Of a DNA stretch of 64,000 nt, positions 1 to 11,174 are shown in pieces. This stretch comes from Euglena gracilis (lineage: Eukaryota). The notes beneath the pieces were generated by a model. The model was not told where the DNA came from. It saw only the letters and a program-made list of their open reading frames with translations, and made no database searches. The position numbers were made by a program, and so were the translations under genes. The stretch covers positions 29,335,411 through 29,399,410 of the forward strand of contig CP154954.1 in NCBI GenBank assembly GCA_039621445.1, given 5' to 3'. The number at the start of each line of letters is the position of its first letter. Position 1 is the stretch's first letter.

Positions 1-700
1 TCCACAGAATTCCACATCTTTCACGAAAAATTTGCATTTCTTGATGTCTGCCACGTGCTGCTGTTTTTTTCAGTGCCTCCATCACCCTTCTGATGTCCTT
101 GTCGTGTTGTTTGAGGGTTTTGTCTTCAGTTCCCTGCCACATGGTTCCTACGATGATGTCGTCCACGTAGGGGTTTGCAATATCATGTACCTCCTCCAGG
201 CTGTACTCGATCACCCTCTGGAAGATCGGTACACCGTTTTTCATTCCCATGACCACCACTCTCCACTGTTTTGTTCCCTTAGGTGTGCAGGTGTATGGTC
301 TGGACTCCGTTCTCAGTGGCACCTGGTGGAAGGCGTCTTTTAGGTCCAGTACACTGTACATGGCCCGTTGTCCTTGTTGAACTAGGATGTCTTCTTTCCT
401 AGGGAGTGGATGGGCGTCTGTGATTGTTGCCTCGTTCAGTGCTCTGAAATCCACCACCCCTCTCCATTTTTCACCTTTTTTGGCCACCACAAATGTGGGG
501 CTGGACCAGTCACTACTTCCGTCTTCCACTTTCAGGTCCCTAACCCATTCGTCCACCATGTCGATGAGTGCTTGTCGGCGTTGTCCTGTCATGTGGATGG
601 GTCTTTGCTTTTTCGCAACTGTTCCAGGTTTCAGTTCGATTTTCCCATAACCCAGTGGTCCGCGTTCTGGGGGGTCTGGGAAGATTTTGTCTCGCAAAAC
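1..700 (-). pseudogene. Gypsy reverse transcriptase, partial, runs off the window start
   Basis: Hand translation: YVDD at 158-169, LDLKDAFHQVPL at ~315-350, GVVDFRALN at ~435-465. Confidence 0.92.
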
Positions 701-1079
701 CACTCCTTCATAATCCTGCTGCAGTTTTTTCACCAGTTCAGCCACCTTTTCGCCTTGTGTTTCCTGTCCTTCTGGCACCACCACAACACGGTGGACCCTG
801 TCAGATTTCTTTTCCGATTTCTGAAATTGTTTTGCCAGTGTTTCGGGCGTTTTTTCGTCTTCGAACAGTTTTTCCTCCTCCTGGTCCGCTTCAGCAGGAA
901 CCTGCAAATTCATTGCTCGAACCTCTGAAATGTTTTTCTGAAGTTGGTGTACTTTCCGTTCCCTGTGTTTTTGTTCCTTCAGCTGGTGCCAACTGGACAA
1001 CAGCCGCAGTGATTCACCTATGAGGGCCAATGATTGTAGGTGTGGGAAAACCCCCAGTTGGTGTTGTTCCATCCACATC

Positions 1080-1400
1080 CACGGATACCCGAGGATGGCA
1101 TCCACTTGGATGGCGGCGTCATGGAATGTTCCAATGGTGGACCATTCCTTGTTCTGTCCGTGTTGTGCACCCGTGATGAAAACTGCAGTTCCAGTGCGAC
1201 TTCGTGTAGTCCTTCTTCCATCCTTGTTCCGTCCGCTGTGATCAGGGCCAAGGGTTTTTGTGAACGTCTGAGATTTTGTTGTGGAATCAGGTTCCTTTTC
1301 ACCAGGTTTGCATGTGCTCCCGTGTCAATCAGGGCCTGTAGGAACATTTTTTTACCGTCCGGCAACACAGCACGGACTTCAATGAGGAGTTGTTTTGCTT
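1080..1400 (-). pseudogene. Retropepsin-like aspartic protease
   Basis: ORF 1018..2061 contains LQALIDTGAHANLV. The C-terminal part is frameshifted. Confidence 0.85.
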
Positions 1401-1639
1401 TCTTTCTGCTGATGACCTGCCCCAGCAGGAGTTTGGACACCGGTTCACACAGTCGTTTTGGAAGCCGAATGTTTTGGTCTGGATCTGTTTTGTCAGTTGA
1501 ATCTGGGTTTGGCTGTTGACCTGCCAGTTTTGGGCTGGGCTGTGAGAGCATGTTTTGTCGTGCCGTCTGGGCAGGGCTGGGCTGCTGCAGCGGTTGTTGC
1601 TGTGCGGCCTGGGCTTGGCTGGTTTGCCGTAGCCGTTCG

Positions 1640-2240
1640 TGGAACCCCGCCAGGTCCTGAATCAGTTGTTCTGGGATCCTGAATTTTTTGAAGGCTGGAA
1701 TGTTGTGTTTGTTGCTGAGTTTTACCAGGTGACCACCACTGTTTGGGTCCAGGTTCTTGCACGTTTTCCCGTCACACCGTTTTGCTGGTACCTGCAGGAT
1801 GTCAGGGCTGCCCCAGATTCGTGTGGGTTTTTTGTAACCCCAGTCTGTGTATTGACAGTAATCCACGTCAATGTACGGGTACGGTTTCATGTAATCTTGT
1901 TTTCCCAGGTATCCATACCTTGGGTTTTCCAACCACCATTTCTGCGGCTGCAGAAAATCCACAATTTCCAGGGCTTTCTTTGCAAGACTGTTTCCCTTTT
2001 CCAGGTTTCTGGGTCTTGTAGTCAGGGCAATGCTGAATTCTGTGTGCAGGGAACTCCACACACCACCGTGTGGAATTCACCAGGTTTGAAATGTTTTCTG
2101 AAGTCCGAGTCCAATACGTCCACCTGGTAATCCTCTTCCCACCTGTCGTCTAAATACACCGTCACCACCTGGAAACCCTTTTTTCATACACCTTGCTGAC
2201 CGATTTTGTTCCACAGAACAGGTCCAGCATTTTTGGTTTT
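1640..2240 (-). pseudogene. DNA cytosine-5 methyltransferase domain (frameshifted)
   Basis: Motif I KMLDLFCGTKS (~2200-2235). Motif IV VVCGVPCT/EFS (~2030-2067), with the catalytic Pro-Cys followed by a 2-nt CA slip. Motif VI WWLENP. Later DYCQY and KKPTRIW. Confidence 0.85.
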
Positions 2241-2429
2241 GGTTTTTCTGCTGTGGCCCGTTCTGGTGTCGCTGTGGCTGCCTCCTGCAGTTTTCTGATG
2301 CGTTTCTATGGTTTTTCTGTCCCCAAGTCGGTTTTTTGTTCACCACTGTCCACCTCGTTCTCCGCTGGCGGGTACTCGTGGGCTGTGCCGAACCTCACCT
2401 TGGATGTCGGGTGTAGGGGGTGAAATGTT

Positions 2430-2880
2430 TGTGGAAACCTGGAAGGTACTTGCAGCGTGTTTTGTCTCCGCATACCAAAAACACTTCCACAGGCCACGGT
2501 GTATTCCTGCAGTTCTTGTCACCCTGTCCGAACAGTTTTGTTCCCGCTGGGATGAACATTGACATCACTGCCCGCTTTTTGATTTCCCTGTACCATCGTC
2601 TGTGAACCCATCTCGGTACCATGAGGAGTGCATAGGCCTCGTCTGTTTGTATTTTCCTCACCACCTGTGAAATTTTGCTGAATGGTGGGTTCATCCACAG
2701 CAGTTTTGCGTGCCAGTCTTTTTCAAAGGCGTCAGTTCCATCTGGGCTGCCCGATCCCCACCATTGCGGGAATCTTTTGTTCTTTTCCGTTGCAAAGGCA
2801 TCCAACTGGGGCTGGACCCCGAAGTGTGAGAGAATTCCTGTCATTTTTTCTTCCTTCACGTGGTAGTTTTCAGACACCCA
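2430..2880 (-). CDS. Amino (N6-adenine, Dam/DIRS-MT-like) DNA methyltransferase domain
   Basis: ORF 2395..2877: LDAFATEKNKRF ... WMNPPFSKI ... LLMVPRW..RRWY. Collinear with the DIRS MT domain at 13780-14100. Confidence 0.87.
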
Positions 2881-3016
2881 CTGTGAAGCTGCTCTGCCGA
2901 ACCGGCGGCTGACCTGTTCCCTTTTCGGTTCTGGGCTGTGGAGTCGTTTTTTTGTCAGGATGTTTTTCTTTTGGGGTTTTTTCTTACCTTCATCACCCAG
3001 TGTGTGCGGGGATGAC

Positions 3017-4328
3017 GTTTATTTGTCGGAAACCGGTTTCCGAGGTGTTTAATTGTCGAAGAGCAAAAAAACGTGTAGATTACGGTCGAATGACATCGCG
3101 AATTAAGAAGTACTAAATTCTTAATTTATATCTCTCTTTCTGTGTGTATATTTTTTCTCGCACACCACATGCCTGGAAAGGGGGCGGGTGCCCCTCAAAG
3201 ATTTGAATGGCAAGAACACCAACGTTACCCTCATCATCAACAGCAGTTCTACTTCTACTTCCTTCATGGTCAACGGCCGCTTTTGGGGTTTGGTGACCCC
3301 TTATTCGTCGTTCCAGAACACCCTCCACAACTACAGCTGGCTGATAGCTTTATTTCGACGTCAATTCTGCGTTGTAACATAGCGAACACTGTAGACGTTA
3401 CAATTGCCATGGCCCCAGGGCTTAAGACTTTTGTCATTGAATCTGCAAAATGTACCCCAGGGCTCAGCAAAACTAAAGTCAAAATGGTTCAAAATGCCCC
3501 AGGGCTGACACTGACACATGAAAAGTTTTCGAGTTCCAGCACAAATCCCAGAAAAACATTCTGCAGACGCAGTCTGCACAAAAGTCTCAGACAACTGGGC
3601 CCTGGATCAGCACCTAGGACAACTTTTTGGGCAGCAAATTTTGGAACCAGAAATTCTTTCTCAGCATGTGGCCCCAGGGCCCCAGGCCTTGGCCATGATG
3701 CACCCAGATTTTGCCCAGGAGCTCAACAAATTTCAAAACTGATGCAAAAGCCTTCAGAAGATGGGCCACCAGTTTTGTGTCAGATGGTGGCTAGTTTTGT
3801 GTCACAGATGGTGGCCTGTTTTGTTCCACAGATGGTGGCCAATTTTGTGCCACAGAAATGTCCAGTTTTGGGCAGTTTTGGGCAGACGTGCTGGCCATTT
3901 TTTGGCCACAGGTGGTTCCAATTTTTGGCCACAGGTGGTTCCCAATTTTGGGCGACAGGTTGCAGCAAGTATTTGTCTTTTGCCTGGCACATTCTCGGAA
4001 AGACTTTCTGCAAAAATGTCAACCTTTTTTTCCCCCCCTTAAACTGTCCCGTTCAACTGTCGCAACAGTATGGGGTCTGAGCTCCGCGTCGCAGCGAGCA
4101 GTCAACAGGGTGTTGCTTGGCAGTTGTTTTGGGGGAAGGAAATTACTTTCGCATAAGAAGATCGTTTCCTTTTCTCATCCGGGCTGGCAAAAAAGAAGGT
4201 GCTATAGCGCAACCGCATTGCTGGTTTTCAGCAGTCGCTGTCGGTTCGTTGTCGGGAATGTCGGCTCGGCGGTTTTCATTTTGTCGGATTGCTAAAAAAC
4301 GCTGTTGAAAAACGACTTGTTTAAAAAC
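3017..4328. mobile_element. Unclassified 1.3-kb non-autonomous insertion with GAC target duplication
   Basis: GAC at 3014-3016 and 4329-4331. Ends are GTTT...AAAC. Removing it restores the gag-to-MTase frame (...IRVDGSSPHTLG...QWVSENYH). Internal ~20-22 bp tandem repeats at 3760-3960. Confidence 0.8.
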
Positions 4329-7300
4329 GACCCGTCTACCCTGATGACCGCTGCGGCTCTGGACCTGGTTCCCTTGTTTTGTTTTGTTGTTTCGGTTGTG
4401 TCTGCAGAGAGTCGCCCCTCTCGCCCCCTACCCTCAGGCCGCAGCCCCTTCACTTCCGTTCCATGTTTTGAACTGGCTGCCAGCGATTGCTGGAAGATGC
4501 TTCTGTCTTTGGCTGTCCCTGTGGCTGGTTGGCTGGCTCCTGTGAGTTGTGGCTGTGGTTCAGTTTTCGTTGATGCAGGCTGTGGCTGTGGCTGCCCTTT
4601 GCCTTTTCCTTTCCCGCTCCCCTTCCCAGAATCGTATCCTTTCCCAGAGTTGTATCCCTTTCCTGAATCGTAGCCTTTGCCGTAATTCTGATTCCAGTTT
4701 TGGGTTGAACCCCAGTTTTGACATTTCCCCTTTCCTTTGCCTTTGCCCCAGTCGTTTTGTCCCCAGTCTGACCAGTTGGTGTACCGTCCCTGGCAAGGCT
4801 GTTCTGAAACTGCCATGGGCACCTGCTGGCGTGGAGAAGGGGGTCTGGGGTTTTCGGGTGTTGGGGTTCGAGGTCCAGGGGAGTTGGGTCGGGATCTGGA
4901 AGGGGGTGTCCGACTTCTGGATTTTGTTTTCTCCTCCTCCTTGACTTCCCTGCGGTCCATCCACCGTGATCTGTTTTCTCGTGGTTGGTTCTGCCAGCCG
5001 TTGTACCCCCTACCAAGGGAGTCTGACTGTTGTTGGCACCGGAGTTCAGTTTCCACACGTTGGAACAATTCTTCCAGTGTCAGTTTGGCCTGTACCTGTG
5101 TGAAATGTGGCTTGTGTCCAGTCAGCAACGTTGAACCGTTTTTCATCAGTAGCAGTTCAGCAGCTCTGCTGCTGTGCAGTTTGATCCTGAAGTTTTGTCC
5201 GTCCCGTTCCACCGGAAATTTTTCACCTGTGCCCACAGTTGCTGCCACCAGGTCACGAACGTCTTCCGTTGTTGCATCTGGGACGTTTGTAATGTTCGGA
5301 ACCCCTTTCAGTTTCAGTGTCGGTCTGTCCTAACTTCTGCGGTCCTGTTCCATGATGCAGCTTCTGCGTTGCGTTTCAGGCATTTTTTCAGCCGCCAGGT
5401 TGTAAGCGTCTTCCTCTGATGGATTTTCCAGCCTGCTGTATAGGAGCTTGAAATGGGCCTCAAACTCCCTCCACGCTTCCAGTGTCAGTTTTCCTTCCGT
5501 TTTTTGGTCTCAGGCTTTTCATTTCGTCTTTGATGGCTGATTGCGTGTCTCCACCGTATTTCTGGCACATCCAGTTCCAAAATTCCTGGTATTTTATTTT
5601 CTCACCGCGTTCCTGTCTGCGTTGTAGTTCCAGTTTGCTGGCACTGTCCAGGCTGCCCTCCAGCAGTGACAGTTTCAGGTCATCGGTCAGGGACCCCTGA
5701 CCGGCTGACACACGTTGCAGGTACATTAGAAATTTCACGGCAAAATCTGCGAAATTTCCCTGCAGTGTTGGTCTTACCAGGTCTTTTGTCATTGCCGCGC
5801 CCACTGGACCCAGCAGCAGCCCGAAGGATGCTGTCGGGGCCGTTGCCACGGGTGCCACCACTGTTTCCTCTCCTATGTGGTGGATGGCAGTTTGGGTAGA
5901 CCCCATCTGGGGTCCCACCCACGTTGTTGTGGCTGTGTTCTGGGTTTCAGTTTCGTCCGCCCACATGAACAAGCCCCGTGTCCGGGACTGTGGGTTTTGT
6001 TGTGTCGTCACTGGCTGTGAAATCTGTTGAGTCGGCTTGGTTGGCTGTGGTGCTGGGCTTGTCGGGTTTGTCGTAAGTGCTGGGCTGGTCGGGACTGCAG
6101 TCGGCCGTTGTTCTGTTTGTCGAGTCAGTTGGGCAATTAACGGTGTCAAGGCAGTTTTTAGTTCTTGCCGGATGAGCTGCCTCACCAGGGAAGCCGGGTT
6201 AACGGTCCCCAATGCTGCAGCTCCTCCTTCCATTTTTGGGTGTGGTGTTTCGTCCCCCCAGTGCTGGCTGCTCTGGCTGAACATACCTGTCAGGGGTTGT
6301 GGGGTCCCCGTCCCCGTTTGACAGGCCTGGGGTTCTGCGGGCGTTCTCAGGGCTGGCCGTGGCTGGGCCAGGGGTTGTGGGGTCCCCATCCCCGTTGGCC
6401 AGGCCTGGGGTTCTAGGGTCCCAATCCCGTGTTGTCCTGTGGGATGGCCCCTCGGGGCTGCAGGGGCTTGGTTCCGGGGTTGTGGGGTCCCCGATCCCCG
6501 TTGGCCCGCGGCCCTGTCTGCCCCCTGGGGGGGTTGTACTGTTCGTTGGGCCGTAGTGGCTGCCCCTGGCTGTCCAGCCTGGGTCCTCGAGGGAGGCCCA
6601 CTGGCCAGGGGGTTGGCCCCTGTCTCTGGCCCGAAGGCCCCTGTGCAGTGGGTGTTTTGCCTTTCCAGTTTTTCAGTCAGGTTTTCAGTCGTTTTTGTCA
6701 CAGTACTGATTTTTCTGTCCAGGGTCACCAGCTGTTCTGTCCGCTGTTTCTGCTGTGTTTGCAGTTCCGTGGTCAGAGAATGTAAATGCTGCCAAATGCC
6801 GTTGTCATGTGTTTCCCGTTCTGCATTTTTGTTGTCAGACCAGCCAGTCTTGCTTCCAGTTGACCGACCCTGGTTGTCATTGAGCCAATGGCAGATGTCA
6901 TTTCCAGCCATTTAGCATGTTCAGATATGACATGTGTTCCCGTTTTAATGGTCCCTTTTTGCTGTTCACCCAGCAGTTTTTGAGCCGTTTGGGCTGTTTC
7001 GTCCACCCTCTGACCCAGGTTGCCGACCTCCAGGTTCAGACGTTCAGTGCGTTGTTTGTGTTTTTCTTCGTTGGAGGTCAGAGTTTCCACCTGTCGTTTC
7101 AGTCTGCCGATTTCCCTCAGCTGTAATCTGCTGCTGCTGATCTGGGATTTTCTGCAGTTCGACCAGTTTTTTGTGCAGGTAATCACAGTTTTGAATTGTT
7201 GTTGTCGTTTTTGTTTCCTGCTGCTGAACCCGTCCTGCCAGATTTTCGATTTCACTGCCCATGTCCTTCAGAATTTTTTCCACCACACTGCTGATTTCGC

Positions 7301-8681
7301 CTCCGAGGTTTTCAACTTTTCTGGACACTGTTGCCACAGCTTCGTCCACTTTGCTGTTCACCGTTTGGACTCCGCCTGTGATTCCTGCGACCCGTTCTTC
7401 TACCACAGCCAATCTCTGTTGCAGTTCTGCAGTTGTTTTTTCGTTTTCTCGCTGTCGGTGTAGTTAACCATCCAGATGTTCACCCTGGTTCTGTGCGTTT
7501 CCACCTGCCATCTGCAGAAAACTGTGAAATTCCCTGAGTTTTTCACCCAGTGAGCCAGACATTTCCCTGATTTCTGTGATCTGCTGTGACATTCCGTTAA
7601 AATGTTCCTGGTACAGCCTGTTCTGGTTCACTGTCACCAGTTCCATGTTTGCTTGCGTTGTGGCCAGGACTGTCGTCAGTTCTTCGTGTCTGCCGTTTAT
7701 TTCTGTCATGAGTGCTTCACCCTGTCTGTTCACTGTGGCGTGCAGTTCGCTGACCCACTCCGTCGTTGTTTGTTGCAGCTGCTGCAGAGTTTCTGCCGTT
7801 TGTTGGTTCGTCTGTTCAGTTTTGCATCTGAATTGTTGCAATTACTGGGTCAGCTGTCCCGTTTCGTACGCAAAGTTCGACCACCAGTCCCAGTCAGTGT
7901 TCTGGTTCTGTGGTTCCGGCTGTGGAATCTCGTACGAACTGTACGAGGGTTCCTGGTACGAAGTTTCAGTTTCACCCTGGAGGCGGTCTGGTTGTTCCGG
8001 GCTCTGTCGTACCGCCACCAGTGCAAAACTCTGGGTTCCTGGTTGCTGTGCTGTTGCCCTTTGCCAGCTTTGGTTGTTCTGAGTGTCCGTTTCTGGAAAT
8101 TGGTACCAGTTTTGTGGTGCAAACACCTGTTCGTCGGAGTACGGTTCGTTGTTTTCGTCCAGTTCTGTGTAATCTGGTGCTGGACCGGTCTGTTTGGTGT
8201 CGTCCTGGTCCATGTGCACCATGGCAATGACACGTGGGCTGTCATTACAGGTCCGTGGCATTGTAATGTCTGTGTTCCGGTTCAGTCCACCTGTTGATGT
8301 CCAGTGACTGGTACATGGTAAAGCCATCTGCCGGCTCCACCACCCTCGCGATGGCGGTTAAGGCAGCTGGCATTTCCAGTGTTTGGTTCAGGGCTGGGAA
8401 GCCATCCGCCTGCTCCACCACCCTAACGATGGCGGTTAAGGCAGTTGGCACATCCAGTGTTTGGTTCGGGGCTGGGCAGCCATCCGCCGGCTCCACCATC
8501 CTAGCGATGGCAGTTGAGGCAGCAGGCATGTCAGCGTCAGTTTTTGCGGTTTCTTGTCGTTTTTCAGCTTGTTGTTCGTAGCCGCATGTTGGAGGGGAAT
8601 CAAAAATGGGCAGTCTACCTCTGCAACCATGTTGTAACCGTGGTGCCTGTCCCTGAGTTTCCATTCCCTCGGGGCCGGCAC
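4329..8681 (-). pseudogene. Large gag-like ORF of the Gypsy element, split by frameshifts and stops
   Basis: Consecutive minus-strand ORFs (8245-8664, 7842-8327, 7464-7841, 7044-7412, 5460-6911, 4292-5248) with coiled-coil, capsid-like (LKLSLLEGSLD...YQEFWNWMCQKYG) and GKG-rich segments. Confidence 0.7.
8324..8530. repeat. 78-bp coding tandem repeat, ~2.6 copies
   Basis: Units start near 8324, 8402 and 8480 and encode PTALTAIVRVVEQADGFPALNQTLE-like peptides. Confidence 0.85.
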
Positions 8682-8969
8682 CCCTTTGCGTAGGATCTTT
8701 TACCCTGCCCAGGGTGTTTTCAATTCCCCTCGCGGCTTTGTTTTAAAAAATGCATTTTCTTTTGTTTTTGCGGGTTTTTTTGGGGGTGAAAACAGGTGGG
8801 TTGGTTGGCTCACACCTTTCCTTTGATAAAAAATCCACAAGCAATCAGCAAATCCACCAGCACAATACAAGCAAACCACAAAGTGAGAGTACCAAAGTCC
8901 AAACCAAGGGTAAGAGAACGATAGGTTCCAGATAATTCACCAGATAATTCTTGAACCACAAAATGACAG

Positions 8970-9118
8970 TGTGACAGAGAGACGGAGCCCTGCACAGGGA
9001 CAGATGGAGTCAGTAATTTATAATTCCTAATAAGATTTTCCTAATCCTAACTGCAGAGTCATCAGGTTGGGTAGTGTTAAGTTATGTTGTTTTGGGCACT
9101 CAGCACCCCTAACTCACA
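8970..9118 (-). repeat. Candidate short 5' LTR of the Gypsy element
   Basis: Bounded by TGTGA...TCACA. The outer end coincides with the break in the host DIRS RT frame (LRAFTDT|). The second LTR is not in the window and no clear PBS was found, so the inner boundary is uncertain. Confidence 0.5.
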
Positions 9119-10880
9119 GGTGTCTGTAAAAGCCCTTAAAAAGGGCAGGGCCATTAGGTTGCATCTTATTTGGCCCAAAATGGCAGCCAACTGCTTTTTT
9201 GACACGCAATCTTTTTTCACAATTTTTCCCAGCTCCTTTTTTATGGTTTTGACTTTCTGAGGGGGCACCTGTAGCTTTCCTTCCTGAAAGTGTCAGTTGA
9301 AAACCCAGATGGGTTACCACTTGGGTGGGCTGGAGGGTGGACTTTTTCACATTGATTTTGAACCCAGAATCCAGCAAATCTTTGACAACTGTTTTCAGGT
9401 GATTTTGTAAAATGTTTGGGGTGGGAGCCACCAGCAAAATGTCGTCCAGGTAAATAAACACCTGGATGCCCCTTTTTCTCCACAGTTTTTTGAATGTTTT
9501 CATCACTGACATGAAAATTCAGGGCATTACGTTTAGTACAAAGCAGCCTGTTTGAACCTCCAAGGTCTGCCGCCCACTTGATGCCTCAAAAATGGCCTTA
9601 GGCCTGGACTTAACGGAATATGAAAATATGCATCCTTCAGGTCTATTTTTGCTGCCCAGTGGCCTTTTTCCAAAACTGGAAAATGTTTTGGATATGATCC
9701 AACTTGAACGGTTTTACTTAAAACTGCTGATTTTTTTCTCTGCAGTCGCTGGTCATTCTCCATTTGGTTGTTCCCTCTTCTGGTTGTGAAATTGAAAAAC
9801 CATGGGATCAAATGATGGATTTCTGCATCCCAAACTCGTTTCACTGTACCCAGTTTTTTTGTAATCCAGCAGAATTTTTTCTGCTTGGTTCAGGTCCAGG
9901 TTGGCCCTGGGGTTTTGTGTGGGGGGACAATTTTGGGGGATTAACCCAGGGGGGTTGAATTCCATTTTTCATCAATTGACATGTTTCTTGGGGGGCATTT
10001 TTTGTCCACCATTTTAGACTTTTCTGAAGTGTCTGGTACAGGGGGGTGTCTCCCCATTTTTCCTCCATGGAATGTATTTTCCCAACTAGATGATTTTCTG
10101 GGTGCTGGGTTGGGTGTGTTGGACATTGCACCACTGGTGCCTCTGGGGATTGAGCATTCTCTGAAGATGGCTGGGGGGGTGTGCATGCTCTGCTCACAGG
10201 CTCTCTGATCCTCCACTTTGTTCATTGGTGTTGTCGATTGACATACCATAGGGCCCCTTTTTGGGTCTCCCCCTTGTTTTGGTTTGCCCCTGCCATGGGC
10301 ATTGCCAAAGAATGTTGAGGGGGGGGTTACCCCCTTGTCCTCCACTGCCCCTTTTTGCGGGCATCCTCCTGGGGCTGATACCGTACATTGAAACCCCCTG
10401 ATGGGGGACAGCCTGTTAGCTTCTGGGGGTTTTCCCCTTCTGACAATTGATGGCCCCAGTGGCCTTGAAACTGTTGATGTAGTTGATGATAAATCTGGCC
10501 CCACTGGCCCTCTTGATGTTGGCTCCACTCTTGAAATTTTGATAGTCCCCATTGACTTCTTTTGGATGTTGGGCGCCGATGTTGGGGGGCCACTGGGGAC
10601 CCATCCCGTACCCCTGATGGGGTTTGAGATGAAGAAATGATTGGGGGGATGTTGTTGACCTGTCCTGGCCCTGCCACTGGCATCTGTTTGTGGAATTGGC
10701 CACCCTGGCCTTGGTATTGTTGGCTACCCTGGCCTTTGTTCCATCGGCCGCCATGGCCATTGCTGTTTTGGCCGCCATGGCCCAGCTTGCTGTTGTGGCC
10801 GCCATGGCCCAGCTTGTACAAGGTATTGGTGTAACTGGCAGAATGTTGGCCCCAATGGCCCTGGCTCCAATGGCCGTGGT
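9119..10880 (-). mobile_element. Outer (older) DIRS-type retrotransposon: gag C-terminus and frameshifted RT
   Basis: Fragments KIDLKDAYFHIPL, FIYLDDILLVAP and IKKELGKIV...LPFLRAFTD are collinear with the RT of the inner element. Confidence 0.88.
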
Positions 10881-11174
10881 GTCGGACTCCCACGACAGAG
10901 GAAGGGGGAGGAAGGGACCAAGAGGGCGAAGCACAAGAAGATGGTGAGGTGAGGTCCTGCTTTCCTTGCCGGCTGTTCTGTTCTGGTGTGTTTGTGCGCG
11001 CGCGGGGGGTGCTTCTTACTGCTTTTTGTTGCCGGAGTTGGCTGATTCCTATTTCTGCCCTTCGAACTCAAGGAGAAAGAGTTTTACTACTACGAGTTCA
11101 AGTGGAATTGTTTTTCGAGGAGTTCTGCCTTCCCGAGAACCAATACTCTTACCAACTGGTGGACCGAACTTTCT

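Larger units (their letters stand above)
1..9118 (-). mobile_element. Ty3/Gypsy LTR retrotransposon (frameshifted; RNaseH/integrase/3' LTR lie outside the window). Order: gag - adenine MTase - C5 MTase - protease - RT
   Basis: Minus strand shows Gypsy RT motifs GVVDFRALNEAT, LDLKDAFHQVPL, NPYVDDIIVG, KCKFFVKDVEFCG and protease LIDTGA. Long gag-like ORFs lie upstream. There is an abrupt junction with a DIRS RT at 9118/9119. Confidence 0.88.

Noticed and set aside
1640-2880. Bacterial or phage restriction-modification locus, or contamination
   Set aside because: The MTase domains are collinear with gag, protease and Gypsy RT, and no endonuclease or operon structure is seen.
3142-4080. 312-aa plus-strand ORF inside the 1.3-kb insertion
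   Set aside because: Non-ATG start, no recognisable motif, and largely derived from tandem repeats.
8930-8969. tRNA primer-binding site next to the candidate LTR
   Set aside because: TGG does not directly follow the proposed LTR end and no tRNA 3' match could be verified.
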